Source of the DNA: Trichodelitschia bisporula
Taxonomy: Eukaryota
Direction of reading: 5' to 3'
NCBI GenBank assembly: GCA_010356995.1
Contig: ML996706.1
Coordinates: 501,789-565,788 of the forward strand
DNA length: 64,000 nt
Below the pieces are notes generated by a model that saw only the letters and a program-made list of their open reading frames with translations, had not been told where the DNA came from and did not search any database. The position numbers and the translations under genes are program-made. Positions 1 to 12,998 of this stretch are shown in pieces (position 1 is the first letter of the stretch; every line of letters starts with the position of its first letter).

Positions 1-27
1 TGTCTAGCTAACCATCTCTGCCGCCAG

Positions 28-1606
28 CGTCCAATTTCTCGGTCATCACGACTACGCAAGGGGTCATTGCCGCCGATCTCGGTGTGTTTGAGGGGACGAG
101 TTGGTTTACGTCGGCGTATCTGGTGGGTTCTCTTCCACATCATTTGCCATCGATGTCGAAATCCTGTCCGACGGTTTCTTGGTATCACTGACAGCCTTGC
201 AGGTATCATTGTCAAGCATTGCACCTCTGAACGGCAAACTCAGCCATATATTTGCTCCCAAGCACTGCATATTCTGCTCCTCCCTGATCATGGGTGTTGG
301 TGCCATTATCACAGGCCTCGCTCCATCATTTTCATGGTTCATCTTCGGTCGTGTCGTAACCGGGATCGGCTCTGCGGGAATCTACACGATTGCAATTGTC
401 TTGGCCATTCAACTCACCCCTCCAAAGCGACGAGGGCTTTTCCAGGGCTTGTTAAATTCTGGCTACACCTTCGGTGTGGCCATGGGAGCGGTTGCTGCCG
501 GTGCCCTGGAGGGAAGATTCGGCTGGAGAGTGATGTTTTGGCTTCAAGCGCCTATTGCCACCATTGCCGCAATTTGTCTGCTGTTATCGGTACCCGACAC
601 TGAACCGGCTCACTCGGCGGACGAAAGCGAAGATGAACTCGACGTGGTCGCGAGGCTATCGCGGCTCGACTACGCTGGGGCTTCCCTTCTCGTCGTCACC
701 ATTGTGCTTCTGCTTTACAGCGTTTCAACTCCCCACATTTCCTGGATACCCTTGTGTATATCCCTGCTACTTTTTCTCCCGCTGTTCATTCTTCAAGAGG
801 CTTACAGAGCACTCGACCCTATCGTCCCCATCGACGTGCTCTGCTCCAGGGCCGTACTGCTCACCTGCCTCGCGACTCTCGGCTTCATGATGTCGCGTTG
901 GTCCGTCCTATTCTTCACACCAATCTACGCTATCGCCGTCCGCGGCTGGTCTCCTGCCACTGCTGGAAGCATTCTGGTGCCAACCAACGCTGGATTTGCC
1001 CTCGGTGGCATCGTGTCGGGAGCCGTGCATATCCGGCGAGCAGGTTCCTTCTACGCCTCATGTCTGGTAGTGATGGCATTTTTTCCTGCTACACTCATCA
1101 TTCTTGCTGCAAATTCTGTCGCCGACAGTGGAGCTGTCCTCGTCGTTCTCATCGTGTTTTGCAATGGGCTTTGCGCCGGCGCGACTCTCAACTACACCCT
1201 TTCCCATGTACTTCACCTCGCACCTCACAACGTTCGATTCATCGTTACTTCCCTCATGGCGACCTTCCGCGGGTTCGCCGGAACATTCGGGTCAGCCATC
1301 GGTGGTGGTATCTTCGAGCGCGCCCTGCGAGGTTCGTTGGAGCGTGGCTTTGCTGAAGAAGGATTGAAGAACCGGACTGAACTCATACGGCGGCTTGTCG
1401 CAACTCCAGGGCTAACACAGCAGCTCCAAGGGCTTGAGAAGGAGGTGGCGGTGGGCGCATACGTCGATGCTCTTCAGTCGCTGTTCTGGTCCGCAGCCGC
1501 CCTGGGCGTTATCGTACTGTTTGCTCAGGCGGGTACGGGATGGACCGGGCCGCAGGAGGAGAAGGTCAGCCTTGATGAAGGAGGTGATGTTGATTTCGAA
1601 GACTGA
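28..1606 (+). CDS. MFS transporter, DHA2/Vba-like (5' end outside window)
   Basis: Acceptor at 27; exon 28-122 (SNFSVITTTQGVIAADL..SWFTSAYL); intron 123-202; long exon with many TM helices and MFS motifs GRVVTGIG, RRGLFQG, GWRVMFWLQ, RLDYAGA. Confidence 0.85.
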
Positions 1607-1834
1607 ATGTTTGGGATCTCTGCTTATATTAGAACCGGTGTTTTATAGACAGCATGGCGTTGGCGGGCACGCATTGATTTAGTTATACTCAAATTGGACG
1701 ATCTAGAGTGGGAACCAAAGATTGCTATACTGGCGTCTAGTGTCTACACCGGGTTTCGTGCTCATTTCAGAACGTTCGCTGATTCGAGAGGTGCTTTTAT
1801 GCGTCGATGAGTGCATTGAATCCTTGCTCTTCCC

Positions 1835-2641
1835 CTAAGGACTCAACCTCTCCAACTTCCACCCCTCCTCCGTCTTCGTATACCTCAACCGATCATGCAA
1901 CCGACTCTCCCTCCCCTGCCAAAACTCCATCATCTCCGGCACAACCCTCACCCCCCCCCAAAATTCCGGCACCGGGATCTTCTCTTGCCCCTCAAACTTT
2001 TCCTCCGCCTCCTTAACCCACCCCTCCAGCACACTCCTATCCGCAATAACCTCACTCTGCCGACTCGCCCACGCCCCAATCCTACTCCCCCGTATCCTTG
2101 TATCAAAATAAACCTGACTCTCCTCCCTACTCAACCTCTCCGTCCCCCCCTCAACCCGGACCTGCCTCTCCATCTCAGACCACCAGAACGTAATAGCAGC
2201 ACGGGGATTACTCCGCACATCGCTCGCTTTCCGGCTGGTGTCCCAATTACTATACACCACGAACCCGCGCGCATCCAGCTCCTTCATGTACACGATCCGC
2301 GCTGACACCTTGCCGGAAGGCAACTCCGCCGTCGCAAAAGTACATGTCTCCGGCGCTTTGACGCCGGATTCTTTCGCTGCGTTGTACCAGGCGTCGAATT
2401 GCACCAGCGGGTCGCTGTTCAGGTCTTCGGGGCTCAGGACGCCTTTTTTGAATTGTGGGGCTGTGGCGGGGGCGTCGGGGGCGCCGGGCGCGAAGATGAG
2501 TTTTTGGGGGTGGAGCATTGTGTGTCGAGTTGTGGAGAGGGTGCGGGGTAGCGGGGTGCGGAGCGGGGTGAGGTGTTGTTTGCGGGGGCGGAGGAGAGGG
2601 GTGAGATGCTGCTTGCGGAGGACGGTTTGGTGTAGGCGCAT
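1835..2641 (-). CDS. PDX3: Pyridoxamine 5'-phosphate oxidase with Arg-rich mitochondrial-type presequence
   Basis: Motifs SARIVYMKE, RQVRVEG, SRIGAWASRQS, EFWQGRESRLHDRLRY, W..ERLSP. A second in-frame Met (MLHPQ) follows the presequence. Confidence 0.95.
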   Translation of the reverse strand: MRLHQTVLRKQHLTPLLRPRKQHLTPLRTPLPRTLSTTRHTMLHPQKLIFAPGAPDAPATAPQFKKGVLSPEDLNSDPLVQFDAWYNAAKESGVKAPETCTFATAELPSGKVSARIVYMKELDARGFVVYSNWDTSRKASDVRSNPRAAITFWWSEMERQVRVEGGTERLSREESQVYFDTRIRGSRIGAWASRQSEVIADRSVLEGWVKEAEEKFEGQEKIPVPEFWGGVRVVPEMMEFWQGRESRLHDRLRYTKTEEGWKLERLSP

Positions 2642-3307
2642 GGAGCGAGGGCGGATTGCAATGGACTTCGTTTATGTACTTAGGTTCTTGTCGGGTGTTG
2701 GGTAGATGGTACGTTCCGGGTCGGGGCGGCCGGGGGTGGTCATTCCACCAGGGCGGGCGCGGGGAGCTGACGTTTGTTAACTGCGACTGGGTTGTGGGGA
2801 TGGTGCCACTGGGGTGTGTGGAGCGTTTGGCAGATCCCGGACAGCCGTTGGACTTGGGGGCGCATCGATATCACGATGCCCTCTGGTTGTAAGCTATGTT
2901 GACAAACCAATGACATGTCACGAAGAAGCGAGGTTTCAGGCTAAACTCTCTCTGTTTTCCAGCATAGCATTCATCATATCACAGTCAAGGCACAAGGGTT
3001 TTATGGAATTTTTTGATTGGGGTATGAACTCCCTAAGATGCCTCGCCAGTGTTTACACCATGGCGCCGCATAAACCCAGAGACTAAACAACGCAGTAAGA
3101 AAAAACGCTGGAATGAAACAGATGTTTCATTACCCAGCTAGACATCCATTACGCCACGATGCTCCCAGCCATATGCAGCCCATAAACACCTTGAGAGACT
3201 TTCGAGTACAAAACCTATGCGCACTGAAATCGTTCCGGAGTTCTTCCCACCGTCAGAAAAAACCATTCCGACATCGATAAAAAGAACGCGAGAAGTTAAC
3301 GGTATGC

Positions 3308-6300
3308 CTAAGAGCTACCGGAGACGGTAGTAGTGCTGCCGGACCCGTAGAACGAGCTGCTACTAGCCCGGTCGCGATCCCCACCACGGTTGTTCTCCCC
3401 ACCACGGTTGTTGAAGGCCCTACCAGCAATGAAAGCTGCAGCACCATTGCCGCGAGAACCACGGAAGTTGTCATTGCGCCCCTGACGGGGGTTGGAGTTC
3501 GTACGGGTCTGGCTCCCCTCACGCCGGTTGCCATAAGAGTTCGAACGGGATTGACTGCTGTCGCGCCGGTTGGCATCGGAATCGGTACGGGAAGGACCGC
3601 CCTCCTGTCGGTTCTGATAGCCATGATTGCTGTTGCCATTGTTGCGGCCCTGAGCGTTGTCCTGGCGGCTGCTGTAGCCACCACGACCACGGCTCGAGTT
3701 CCACCGATTGTTTTGGCGATAGCCGCCGCGAGCGCTACGGTAACCGCCGCGCTCGGGCTTCACCTTGATGTAACACTTGGCGAACCGCTCTTGTCCAGGA
3801 AACTTGACGACCACTTCCACACTTCCATCCATGATCGTGGGAGAAAAGAGATGATCAGACGTAGCAACCGACTGAGTCTGAAGCTCGTCATCGATATCCG
3901 CATTCGCGTTGTCAGTTGCATTGGCGGGAAGGTGCGCGTTCTTGTGAGGAGTCGTTGGGAGATGGATCTTCGGAGTCGACGCGAATTCGCGATCCTCAAA
4001 GAGTTCCTCGCCCGTAGTCTTCGATTCCGCTGCTTGGGCGGCCTGAGCGGCAAGCTCAATACGGACATCCTGGGCCCCAAATGCGAAGCGAGAGGGACGG
4101 CGTGCCTGGACAATTCCGGAGTTGGAGCCCTTGTTGCTCTTATTGCCGAACAACGAGTTGATTTTGGCTTGCCAATCAGGCTTGCCCGTCTCATCGGGTG
4201 AGGTAGGCGGTGTATCATTCTTGGGCGGAAGACGAACCGTCGGCTTCGGATTGGGAAGGTTTACCTTCGGGTGCTGTTGAGAGCCGTCGTAGACAGGATG
4301 GTTTTCTAGCTCAGGAGGTGGAGGAGACTCTGAGGAAGCCTTGGTTCCAGCTGCCTCGCCGCGCGGGAAGAAGCGCGAGTTCTTCGTACTCTGTTGAGAA
4401 TGCGAAGCAGCCATGTTGGGTGCAACAATAGCTGTGAGAACACGGGCATCCTGCACTGAAACATGCGCAGTAGCGTCCGACTTGCCAGTGGCCATCTTGG
4501 TGACCGTAGAAGCACCACTCTCGGGAGGATTATTGGTGGTGTTGACAACCGAACCAACATTCGTCTTGGAAGGAGCATTGGCGTTAGGCTCGATCGTGAC
4601 AGTGACCCCAGCGTGCTCAAAGGTTTCCGATTTGACAACCTTGCGGTTCAGTGCAGACGTGCCGCCTGCCGTCGTCTTGTGCATATGGCCGACATCTGCG
4701 GTCTTTACCGAGACTGGCATGTTTTTCAGCATCTGTTCTTCAAAAGCCCGTCTGTTGGCCTCGTCTGCCTCCTGGAGCATCTTCGGCGCGTTTGTCCAAT
4801 CGTCGAGTGTGCTCACTTGAGCCATCTTGTGAAGTGAAGTGGGCATTGCTACCCGAGTGGTAGAAGATGGATGCGTTGTACGTGTGTGGGGGGGAGGAAT
4901 TGGAGGGAGTTGTGCAGAGGAGAGTTGTTGTGAAGTGGAAATGTTTGGGAGAACTCGAGGATGGTGGGTATTGAGAGGAGGATGACGGCCTTGGCCTGTG
5001 CTTTGGGTGTTGCGTTGCTGCTGCGTAGTAAATGTGTTGTTGCCTTCGTTCGCAGGGTTCACGTGACCAGCAACTGGCTCAAGCGTTGTAGGTGGCGGTG
5101 GCCCATGCGCAGCAGCAATACTCCGATTGTAGGCCGTGGTGTTGTACCTATTGTGCTCGAATGTTCCGTTGCCCAAGGCGCGCTCGTTGCTAGGCGGAGG
5201 CGCCCAAACGTTGGACACCGCATTGCTGCTGATAGCATTGTTGCCCCAGTTGTAGGAATCCGAGGGTAACTTCGGCTTCCAACTCGCAGACGGGGTTTCC
5301 GTCCCAACATCTCCCAGCCTCTTGTTTTCCATCGGGCCTCGAATGTTCGCATTTCCCGTTGGCTCAACTTTTGCTACGGGTTTGAATGGCTGGGGAGGCC
5401 CATGTGACTGAACTTCTGCACCAAGCCCGGGATCCGCTGCATGCCGACCCGTGAGCGAAGCCTCCGTCACAATTGACTTCTTGACGGGATGCGGCTGGTG
5501 CACTTTGATCATGCCGTACTGTGCCACCTCTCCCTCTGACGTCGGGATCGGCGGCTTCGGCGGCGATGCCACAGGAGCAGGCTTCTGAGACGGCGACTTG
5601 ACGGGCAATCGAGGCGTCTCCTTTGGCTTCTCATCGGCCAATTTCGGTGAAGGCGTCGCAGCCAATGCCGCTACCTTTAGCGCCAGACGCGCCTTGCGCT
5701 CCGTTTCTTCCTGAGCTTCCGCCTCCATCTGAAGCTGCTTCGCCAACTTCGCGCGTTCAATTTTCTCGCGCATCAAGCGGTTTTGCATGGCCACCGGATC
5801 TTCGACAGAGAGCGCAGGCGATTGGACGGGATGAGCCTCTTGCTGCGGCGTGCCGTTAGCAGCCGTTCCGGGAGGCTGGACAGCGCCTGCGGCCGAATGA
5901 CCTGTGTTGATGGCGATCGGAGCGTTCGCTATCGACGATGTGCGCGAAAACGACTTCGACGCACGATCGGTAACAGACTCTGCCTGCTCCACGCTGATGG
6001 GAGACATGCCCTCGGGCTGCACACCAAAGTCCACCGGTCGACTGACAGAGAGCCGCCGGCCAGCACTACCACCGCTGACGTTCGACGACGTGCGACGACG
6101 CGCCCACACCTCTCCGCCGCCGGAACGAGACGTTTGGAAAGCGAGAGACGGCTCCGCTGGACCTGCGGACGGCTGTGACGGGCGCTGGAGGACAGCAGGT
6201 TGACGAGGTCCGTGATCACGAACGGGAGCGCGACGCGTGTCATTGACCGGCTCGTACCGCCCAGACTGCGAATTGAACAACTCTTTGTTCCCGCGATCCT

Positions 6301-7622
6301 CCCGCCAGGTTCGGTTAAAATCATCGGCCGCAATCTCCTTCGCCGGGAGTGGAGGGAGAGAGTCGAAGCTATGCGGATCGCGCTGAAACTTTGGAACACT
6401 CGCTGGCTGCGGAGGGTTCACAACGACCGGCGAAACCTTGTCGATAGGCGGCAATGAAGCCCAGGGAGACTTGGCCGGGACAGCTGTGGAAGCCTTTGCG
6501 ACGAGAGTCGGCCGCTCCGAGGCGCCCTTGAGCACCAGACTGCCAGGCTTCGTGGCCGGAGCTGGGACGCTCGGCTTTAGAATGGTCTTAGATGTGCCTA
6601 CAGCACCGATCTGAGGGGTTGTGGCCGGGATGGGGACGCTGGCTTCCACCGGCTTATCCGCTTTGACTGGAGATGGCGATTTCTTGCCGTCGCTGGGAGG
6701 CGCCGCGTGTGTATCGGCGGTGACGATGTTGGACTTGGTCCCGTCCATCCACTCTACAGTTTCCGGGGCCCAGTCATCCTCGTCATCATCGATGTCGGCC
6801 CATTTCGGATCTTTGCCGGACTCGTCGGATTGCAGGCGCGTCGCGAGGTGGATGCCGTAACGAGTTTGCAGCTCTTCGTCTGTGAACTGCCTAGGCGGAG
6901 CTGGGGGAATAGCTTGATTCAGTTAGCATGACCACTACCTGTAAGGGGCGCAACTTACGTCGATTCTTGTTCCAGACCTTGCTGGCATCAGGGCCCGTAC
7001 CGGCACCACTCATGCTGGCTACACCCGCGCGCGATGCACCACCACCCAGCGCAGATTTCGCAACAAGACGAGGTTTCGCGGTCTGTTGCGCAAGCGTATT
7101 TGTCTGAGCGGTGCTCGGACCTTCAACGGGTAAGTGCGGAACGTCAAGATCGGATTCATACCAACCTTTGTCAGTCGGCTTCGCATTCGGCGCGCCAACC
7201 GCAGCCTTCGCCAAGAAGTTCTTGGTTACAGAAACCGACTTGAAGGTGGTAGGTTTCTTGAGCGAATTGCTCCGAGCATGTCCGCCGTCCTTGAGACCTT
7301 CCGGCTTGCTAGTGTCGGTGTCAGAGCCAGCACTCATGTCGCCGGTGAAGTGGCCCGCGTGACCGTCGCTGTGTGAAGAATCGGCCGGCTCGTGAAGCGC
7401 GGATTCCCGGACAATGTGTGTTTCCGAGGGATAATTCGCCACGGCGCTGTCCGAATCTCCACCGTGATTGATCAAGTTGCTCTTTGATGATGCATCGATT
7501 TGTTGCGCCTTGCCGTTGCCGGCGGCGGTAGATGAGGTGGTTGACGCGATAACGTCGGCGGACGAGGCGTCGCCCGCCGACTGTGCTTCCTTTACCACAT
7601 CGCGAACGTCCTGCTCTGCCAT
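3308..7622 (-). CDS. Large, mostly disordered fungal protein with acidic W-motif, short coiled coil and RG-rich C-terminus (function unknown)
   Basis: ORFs 6891..7781 and 3308..6748 join through a GTAAGT..GCTAAC..AAG intron (~6913-6958), giving VWNKNRPIPPAPPRQFTDEELQTRYGIHLATRLQSDE..KWADIDDDEDDWAPETVEW. Probable 45-nt intron at ~7121-7165. Confidence 0.75.
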
Positions 7623-8783
7623 AACAAATGTGGGGACTGTTTCGGCAGCGGGGAGTTGAATGTTAGAACTAGTTCGTTGACCATGCGCGGTGGCGGTCAT
7701 GACTGCGAGTCTGCAACGAAGTGCCGACAGGATCACGAAGCGCCACCGGAAATGGAGGTTGGAAGATGTACCTGATGTCAAGTGTTTGCTTCGAAGGTCG
7801 CCACGAGATTCGCGATGTTTGGTGAATGTGTGGGAATGGAAGCGTCGTCAGCGCAGTTGCTGGAGGAGTCTTGACGTGTACAAGGCGCGGGCGCAGTTAG
7901 GTGCGTGTACCAGGTTTGTGGGGAGGGGGGAGCTGTTGGGTGCTGCGGTGCTTGCAGGCAGGCTCTGAGAAGAAATGCGACAATCCGGTCTATGCGCTCA
8001 CTGCACAGACGATTAGAACCCGGTTGGGCAGTATTAGGGAAGGTGGGGGGGGATATGCGAGAGGGGGGAAGAGAGAATGTTAGGAGGGGAAGGAGAGGAA
8101 CAATGTTCGATGATGGTGGTGGAAAGGAGAGTGTTCGGCGGATTCGGTCAAGGATGGTCATACGTTGCAGCTGCCAAGGCGGGAGGTGAGTTACGCCTCC
8201 AACAACACCAGTCGGTCTCATTAACCTTTGGTGTTTCTTCGCCTACGGAATGGTAACACGCTTGACGTGTCGGAGGCTCTGAGAGAAAGAAACAATTTGT
8301 ATCAAGTACTGTACCTTTGCAGGAGCTGAATGGTGAAATTGCCGAGTATCGTGAGAGTTATGAGAAAGGTGTGGGATTTGGTGAGGGTTTTCGGTGGGTT
8401 TTCAGTTGGTTGTTGTGGATTGAAATGTTTTGCTGATGGCTGCAACACTTCACCATCAACAACTGCTGTGACAGTCTTGCCAAGAGCGTCACTCTGTCAA
8501 TGAATTGCGGCAGCTGGCAGATGCAGAACATAACAAGGAAGGTACGAGGGTCACGGCAGAACTCATCCATCTCGTCCCAACACTCAAGTTACTCCTATCA
8601 CTTGCACCATCCGAACCGAGTAGCGACAAAACAGCGGCCGCTCGTACAATTCTGGCTTCACAGTTTCAACGAGGTCTTGAGCAAGTGGCATTGAGCACCG
8701 GTGTCTATTCAGTTACGCCATATACATACACCATCCACTCGCCACATTCATGCGACAGACGAAAAGGTACTTGAAAAGGTCGT

Positions 8784-9388
8784 CTAGTGAGCATTGTTCT
8801 TGTGATGCCCTGGGTTCGGTCAGAATTGTCTCCTCTGATCTCCATGATCGGGCGGAACTCACGCAGGTGGAAGTAGTAGTTTTGCGCATAGCCGAAGAGG
8901 GTCAGAGCGGCAATCGCGTGTACCAGAGCTAGTCACAATTTTCAGTTCCTCTTCCAACACCGGCAAAGATGGTACTCACGCATGGCCGACGGCTTGGCCC
9001 CAAAGTAGCGAGCCTTGTACCGGCCGAACAGACCCCGCGCTTTCGGCTCAGGAGCAGGACCGCGAGGCAGCTTCTCGTAGAAGCTCACGACACGCTGCAT
9101 GCGCACGGCATCCTGAGCAGCACCAATTCCCTTGAATCAATCAGCTCTCGTCCCATTTCCGCTTCTGATCGCAACTCGGTATGCAATCGATCCGAAAAGT
9201 CGCCAATACAAGTGGGAATGCTAGGAGTTGGGCCATAAAGGCAAGAGATCGGCTAAGAGTTCCGGAAACTTACGGAAGGCGATGCAATCTTGAGGAGGAA
9301 CTGTCAGCACACAGTCTAAAAACGCAATTGGAGACGTTACCTTGGGCGGAATCAGGGTCGAAAGACCACGCCTCTGGATGAAGCTCAT
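8784..9388 (-). CDS. ATP17: Mitochondrial ATP synthase subunit f
   Basis: Five exons read manually: MSFIQRRGLSTLIPPK / IASPS (15-nt micro-exon) / GIGAAQDAVRMQRVVSFYEKLPRGPAP..RYKARYFG / LVHAIAALTLFGYAQNYYFHLR / HHKNNAH*. Confidence 0.93.
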
Positions 9389-9687
9389 CACGGCAGATCT
9401 GTCGCAATCAGCAATACGCTCAATTGAAGCCGGCCAGTATAGCGGAGTCCTACGTAGCAAAGTTGTGATGGCGGGAGGGTAGGTGGGTTTGGTGGGGAAG
9501 AGTCGTGAGCGATGACCTCTGTGAAAGGTTCGCTCTCGGGAGTCGTTGCTCGGCTGCGCTTTGCGTTGCCAAGACCGGCTTCCGACGCAACCGCCAGGGT
9601 CATCACGTCGACCTGCCCGTGCTGCCATTACGACGTCCCCAGCGCCAACCATCACCACAACATCGCTCCTTGCAGCACAACACAGCC

Positions 9688-10439
9688 ATGCCGCCAGTTC
9701 AACGGGTAATTGGCGTCAGAGTCGCCGGCTGTGTGGCCCGGCGCCCAGTCGCCTTCTCGCAAATGCGCTTCAGCTCCAACACCCCACCCACCCAGGGCTC
9801 CGACGAAGCTCCAGGCCCAAAAGCTGGGGAATCAAGCTTGGCTAGGACAGAAAGCGCATCGGAGGGGATGGCAAAGCATCAGCCTAACTACCACGCTGCG
9901 CTCGACTTCCGGACCTCGTACGCTGCATCGATCCTTATCGTACCTTGCAGCTAACAGGCGAACCAGGACCTTCTCTCCCGTTCCCAAGCACGTCATGGAT
10001 GGGAGCGAGTCTGACGTCTCCGTGCCCGCCGCCGTTACCTCTGGGGCTCCCATTGATTTGCAGGCACGTACGGTTCGGTAGGTCTATTCCCGGCAAACAC
10101 GACATGGCTGGCCCGCTAATCCTCAACAGCATCTACCAGCAAGCGAAGAATGCGATGCAGTCTGGGGCATGGCATGGCAATCACTGGTTGATGGACTGGG
10201 ATGTGCTTTCCAAAGGCCACCGGTGGGAGAACCCGTTAATCGGCTGGCAGTCAACGGCCGATGTAATGCAGGGTGAACGCATGGAGTTCAAAAGCAAGGA
10301 GGACGCCATAAACTTTGCCAATAAGCAAGGCTATGAGTACTTTGTACAGGAGCCGAACGAGCGGCGGTTTATTCCTAAGGCCTACGCCAACAACTTCATG
10401 TACAGCCCGAAGAAGCTCAAGATCGTACGGACGAAGTAG
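9688..10439 (+). CDS. NDUFS4: Complex I accessory subunit, NDUFS4 family
   Basis: SGAP.DLQARTVRIYQQAKNAMQSG, RWENPLIGWQS, F.SKEDAINFA.KQGY; two introns; N-terminal presequence. Confidence 0.92.
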
Positions 10440-10949
10440 ATTTCGGCTTTCTGTACATAGCACACTCGGCGTTCTGCGGTTTAGTTCCAGAGCCTTGAGC
10501 TTTGCGCCGAAAGGTCATTGAAGCCAGTGCTCAATGCCACCTGCTGTAGGCTCCAAGGGCGCTAGTTTTCACAAACGGAGTATCTGAAAGCCAACTTTCT
10601 CCCATTCCCCGGATCTCGTGAAGTTCCAGACAGCCCCAACTGCGATCCGATATGGCTATCATAGAGCAAGAAAGCGTCCATGGGCTATCCGAAAAAGGTC
10701 ATGGCACACCCGCCGATAGTTGCTGCCGTGTATTAAGCAAAGATCTGGGCAAGAGGCGGCCTTGATTTCTTTTTGGGTGTGCCATGACTTTTTCTGGATG
10801 GCTGTTGGTCTGTGCCTCGAGCATCGAACTCCGCCAATGGTAAAATCACGGGCAACGGGATCAGTGCGTCGCGTCCACTGCCGTCATCTGCAGCTCCAGC
10901 CTCGACACCTCTCTCGTGCCCCTCACCTTCCCTCTCGCGTTTGACAGCC

Positions 10950-12111
10950 ATGAGCTCTAGTAAGACGAGCGCTCCTCTTGTCCTACACGTCCTAATCTTC
11001 GCTAGGCCAATTTGAACTCACGGACCCGCCGCGCGATGCCATCTCGGCGCTCAAGTTCGCGCCAAACGACGCGAACAAGCTGCTAGTCTCTTCATGGGAC
11101 AGGAATGTGTATCTGTATGATACGCACGATGGCGAGAGTGGGCGACTGACCCGGACGTTCGAGCATCCCGCCCCGGTGCTGGACGTGTGCTTCGGGCAGG
11201 ATGACAACGAGGCCTTCACCGCTGGGCTGGATTGGAATGTGCGCCGGTATGTCTCACTTCGCGAATATTCCGTTAGTGTGTTGCTAATACCACTTGCAAT
11301 CAGTATCAACCTCGAAACCGGGGAGCTCGAGTTCCTCAGTTCTCACACCGCTGGCGTCAAGTCCGTGGCATACTCCTCAACGACCAAGCTTCTCATCTCT
11401 GGCTCCTGGGACTGCACTCTCCATGTGCACAGCTTGTCGGACGACCGCTCCGCACACACAACATGCACCGTTCCCCTCCCGAGCAAACCCTTTTCCATCT
11501 CGATGACTCCCACCAAGGTCGTCGTAGCAATGGCCAACCGCGCCGTATACATTTACGACCTGAAGTCCCTGGCCCTTCTCTGCAGCCACGCCAACTCCAC
11601 GGATAACACCCAGAACATAGTCGAGATTGAGCCGCTGCAGCGCCGCGAGTCGGCTATGAAGTTCATGACGCGGGCCATCGCATGCATGCCGAACGACTCC
11701 GGCTGGGCGGCATCCACCATCGAGGGCCGCATCGCAGTGGAGTGGTTCGATCCCTCGGAGACCAGTCAGGCGCGCAAATACGCGTTCAAGTGCCATCGAC
11801 AGACAGTGGACGGCGTAGACGTGGTGTACCCGGTGAACGCACTTGCCTTCCACCCCATACACGGCACCTTCGTCTCAGGGGGTGGGGACGGCGTCGTCGC
11901 GGTGTGGGACGGCGTGGCTAAGCGGAGAATTCGACAATACCAGCGCTTCCCGACCAGCGTTGCGGCGCTGGCCTTCTCTGCAAACGGCAAGTATCTGGCC
12001 GTTGCGGTGAGCCCTGGGTTTGAGGACGGTAAGGAAGACCCGGAAGGCGTGGTCAAAGTTTTCATCCGGGAGCTTGGGGAGTCGGAGACGAAGGGCAAGG
12101 CATCGAAGTAG
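10950..12111 (+). CDS. BUB3: Spindle checkpoint WD40 protein (Bub3/Rae1 family)
   Basis: PPRDAISALKF..LLVSSWD, QRRESAMKFMTRAI, STIEGRIAVEWFD, KYAFKCHR, VYPVNALAFHP, WDGVAKRRIRQY; short first exon, intron 10960-11005, second intron ~11247-11302. Confidence 0.88.
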
Positions 12112-12631
12112 AGCGGGGTGCGGTGCATGGCGTTGGCCGTTGGGTCGGCTGGTTGAAGAAATGTATGGTAGCAGCGCATTTCGGCGTATGGCGTCATCAG
12201 GTCCGCAACAATCTCAGTGGCTCTCGCGTGGAGAGGTTCTTTGAGTATCATGAGACACTCGGACTTCTTGACTGAGGATTCGTACTATGCTTGATGTAAT
12301 TCTTGCAGGCTAATATGCTCCCTAAGCCGACGCAACTTAGAATCCCGACGCAGGACCGTCTTTCTCGCAATGACCTGCTCACGGAGAGAGGCCATACTCT
12401 TCCAGCTGCAGAAGCCCTCCACTCCGACCTCAAAGGGAACCGGCTGGTTTGATTTCCATGCGAGCCACCGGCCAACGCAATGACCATATATCTGAAGAGC
12501 TGTGCCTCCCGAGCAAGATCAAGTGGAGCGCCGATTTCACGGCCTCAACAGGCATTGTGCCCGAAGGTCCTTGCTTCCGTGCGCATAATATCCTCAATCC
12601 AGTCCAAAATCCGCAGGACTCCTTCTCACCC

Positions 12632-12674
12632 TCACCCCTCACTACCACCCCCCCCCGAATCAACCTCCCTCCTC

Positions 12675-12721
<47 letters not shown>

Positions 12722-12963
12722 ACCCCCCACCCCCCTCGCCCTCAGCACCCCAATCTTCGCCCGCCTCACCGCCTCCTCCTCCGCCTTCCGTATCGTCCCA
12801 CTACACCTTACAACCTGAATAACACACTCGGCACCAATCGGCTTCGGCAAAGAAGTCACCAGCGTAAGCGCCGCCCAGACAAGCCGGTAGTAGTCGCGTG
12901 AGACGCGGATTATGGCCGTGGAGGTGGGGGGGGAGATGTAGATTACTAGGCGGGTTAGCTGGT

Positions 12964-12998
<35 letters not shown>

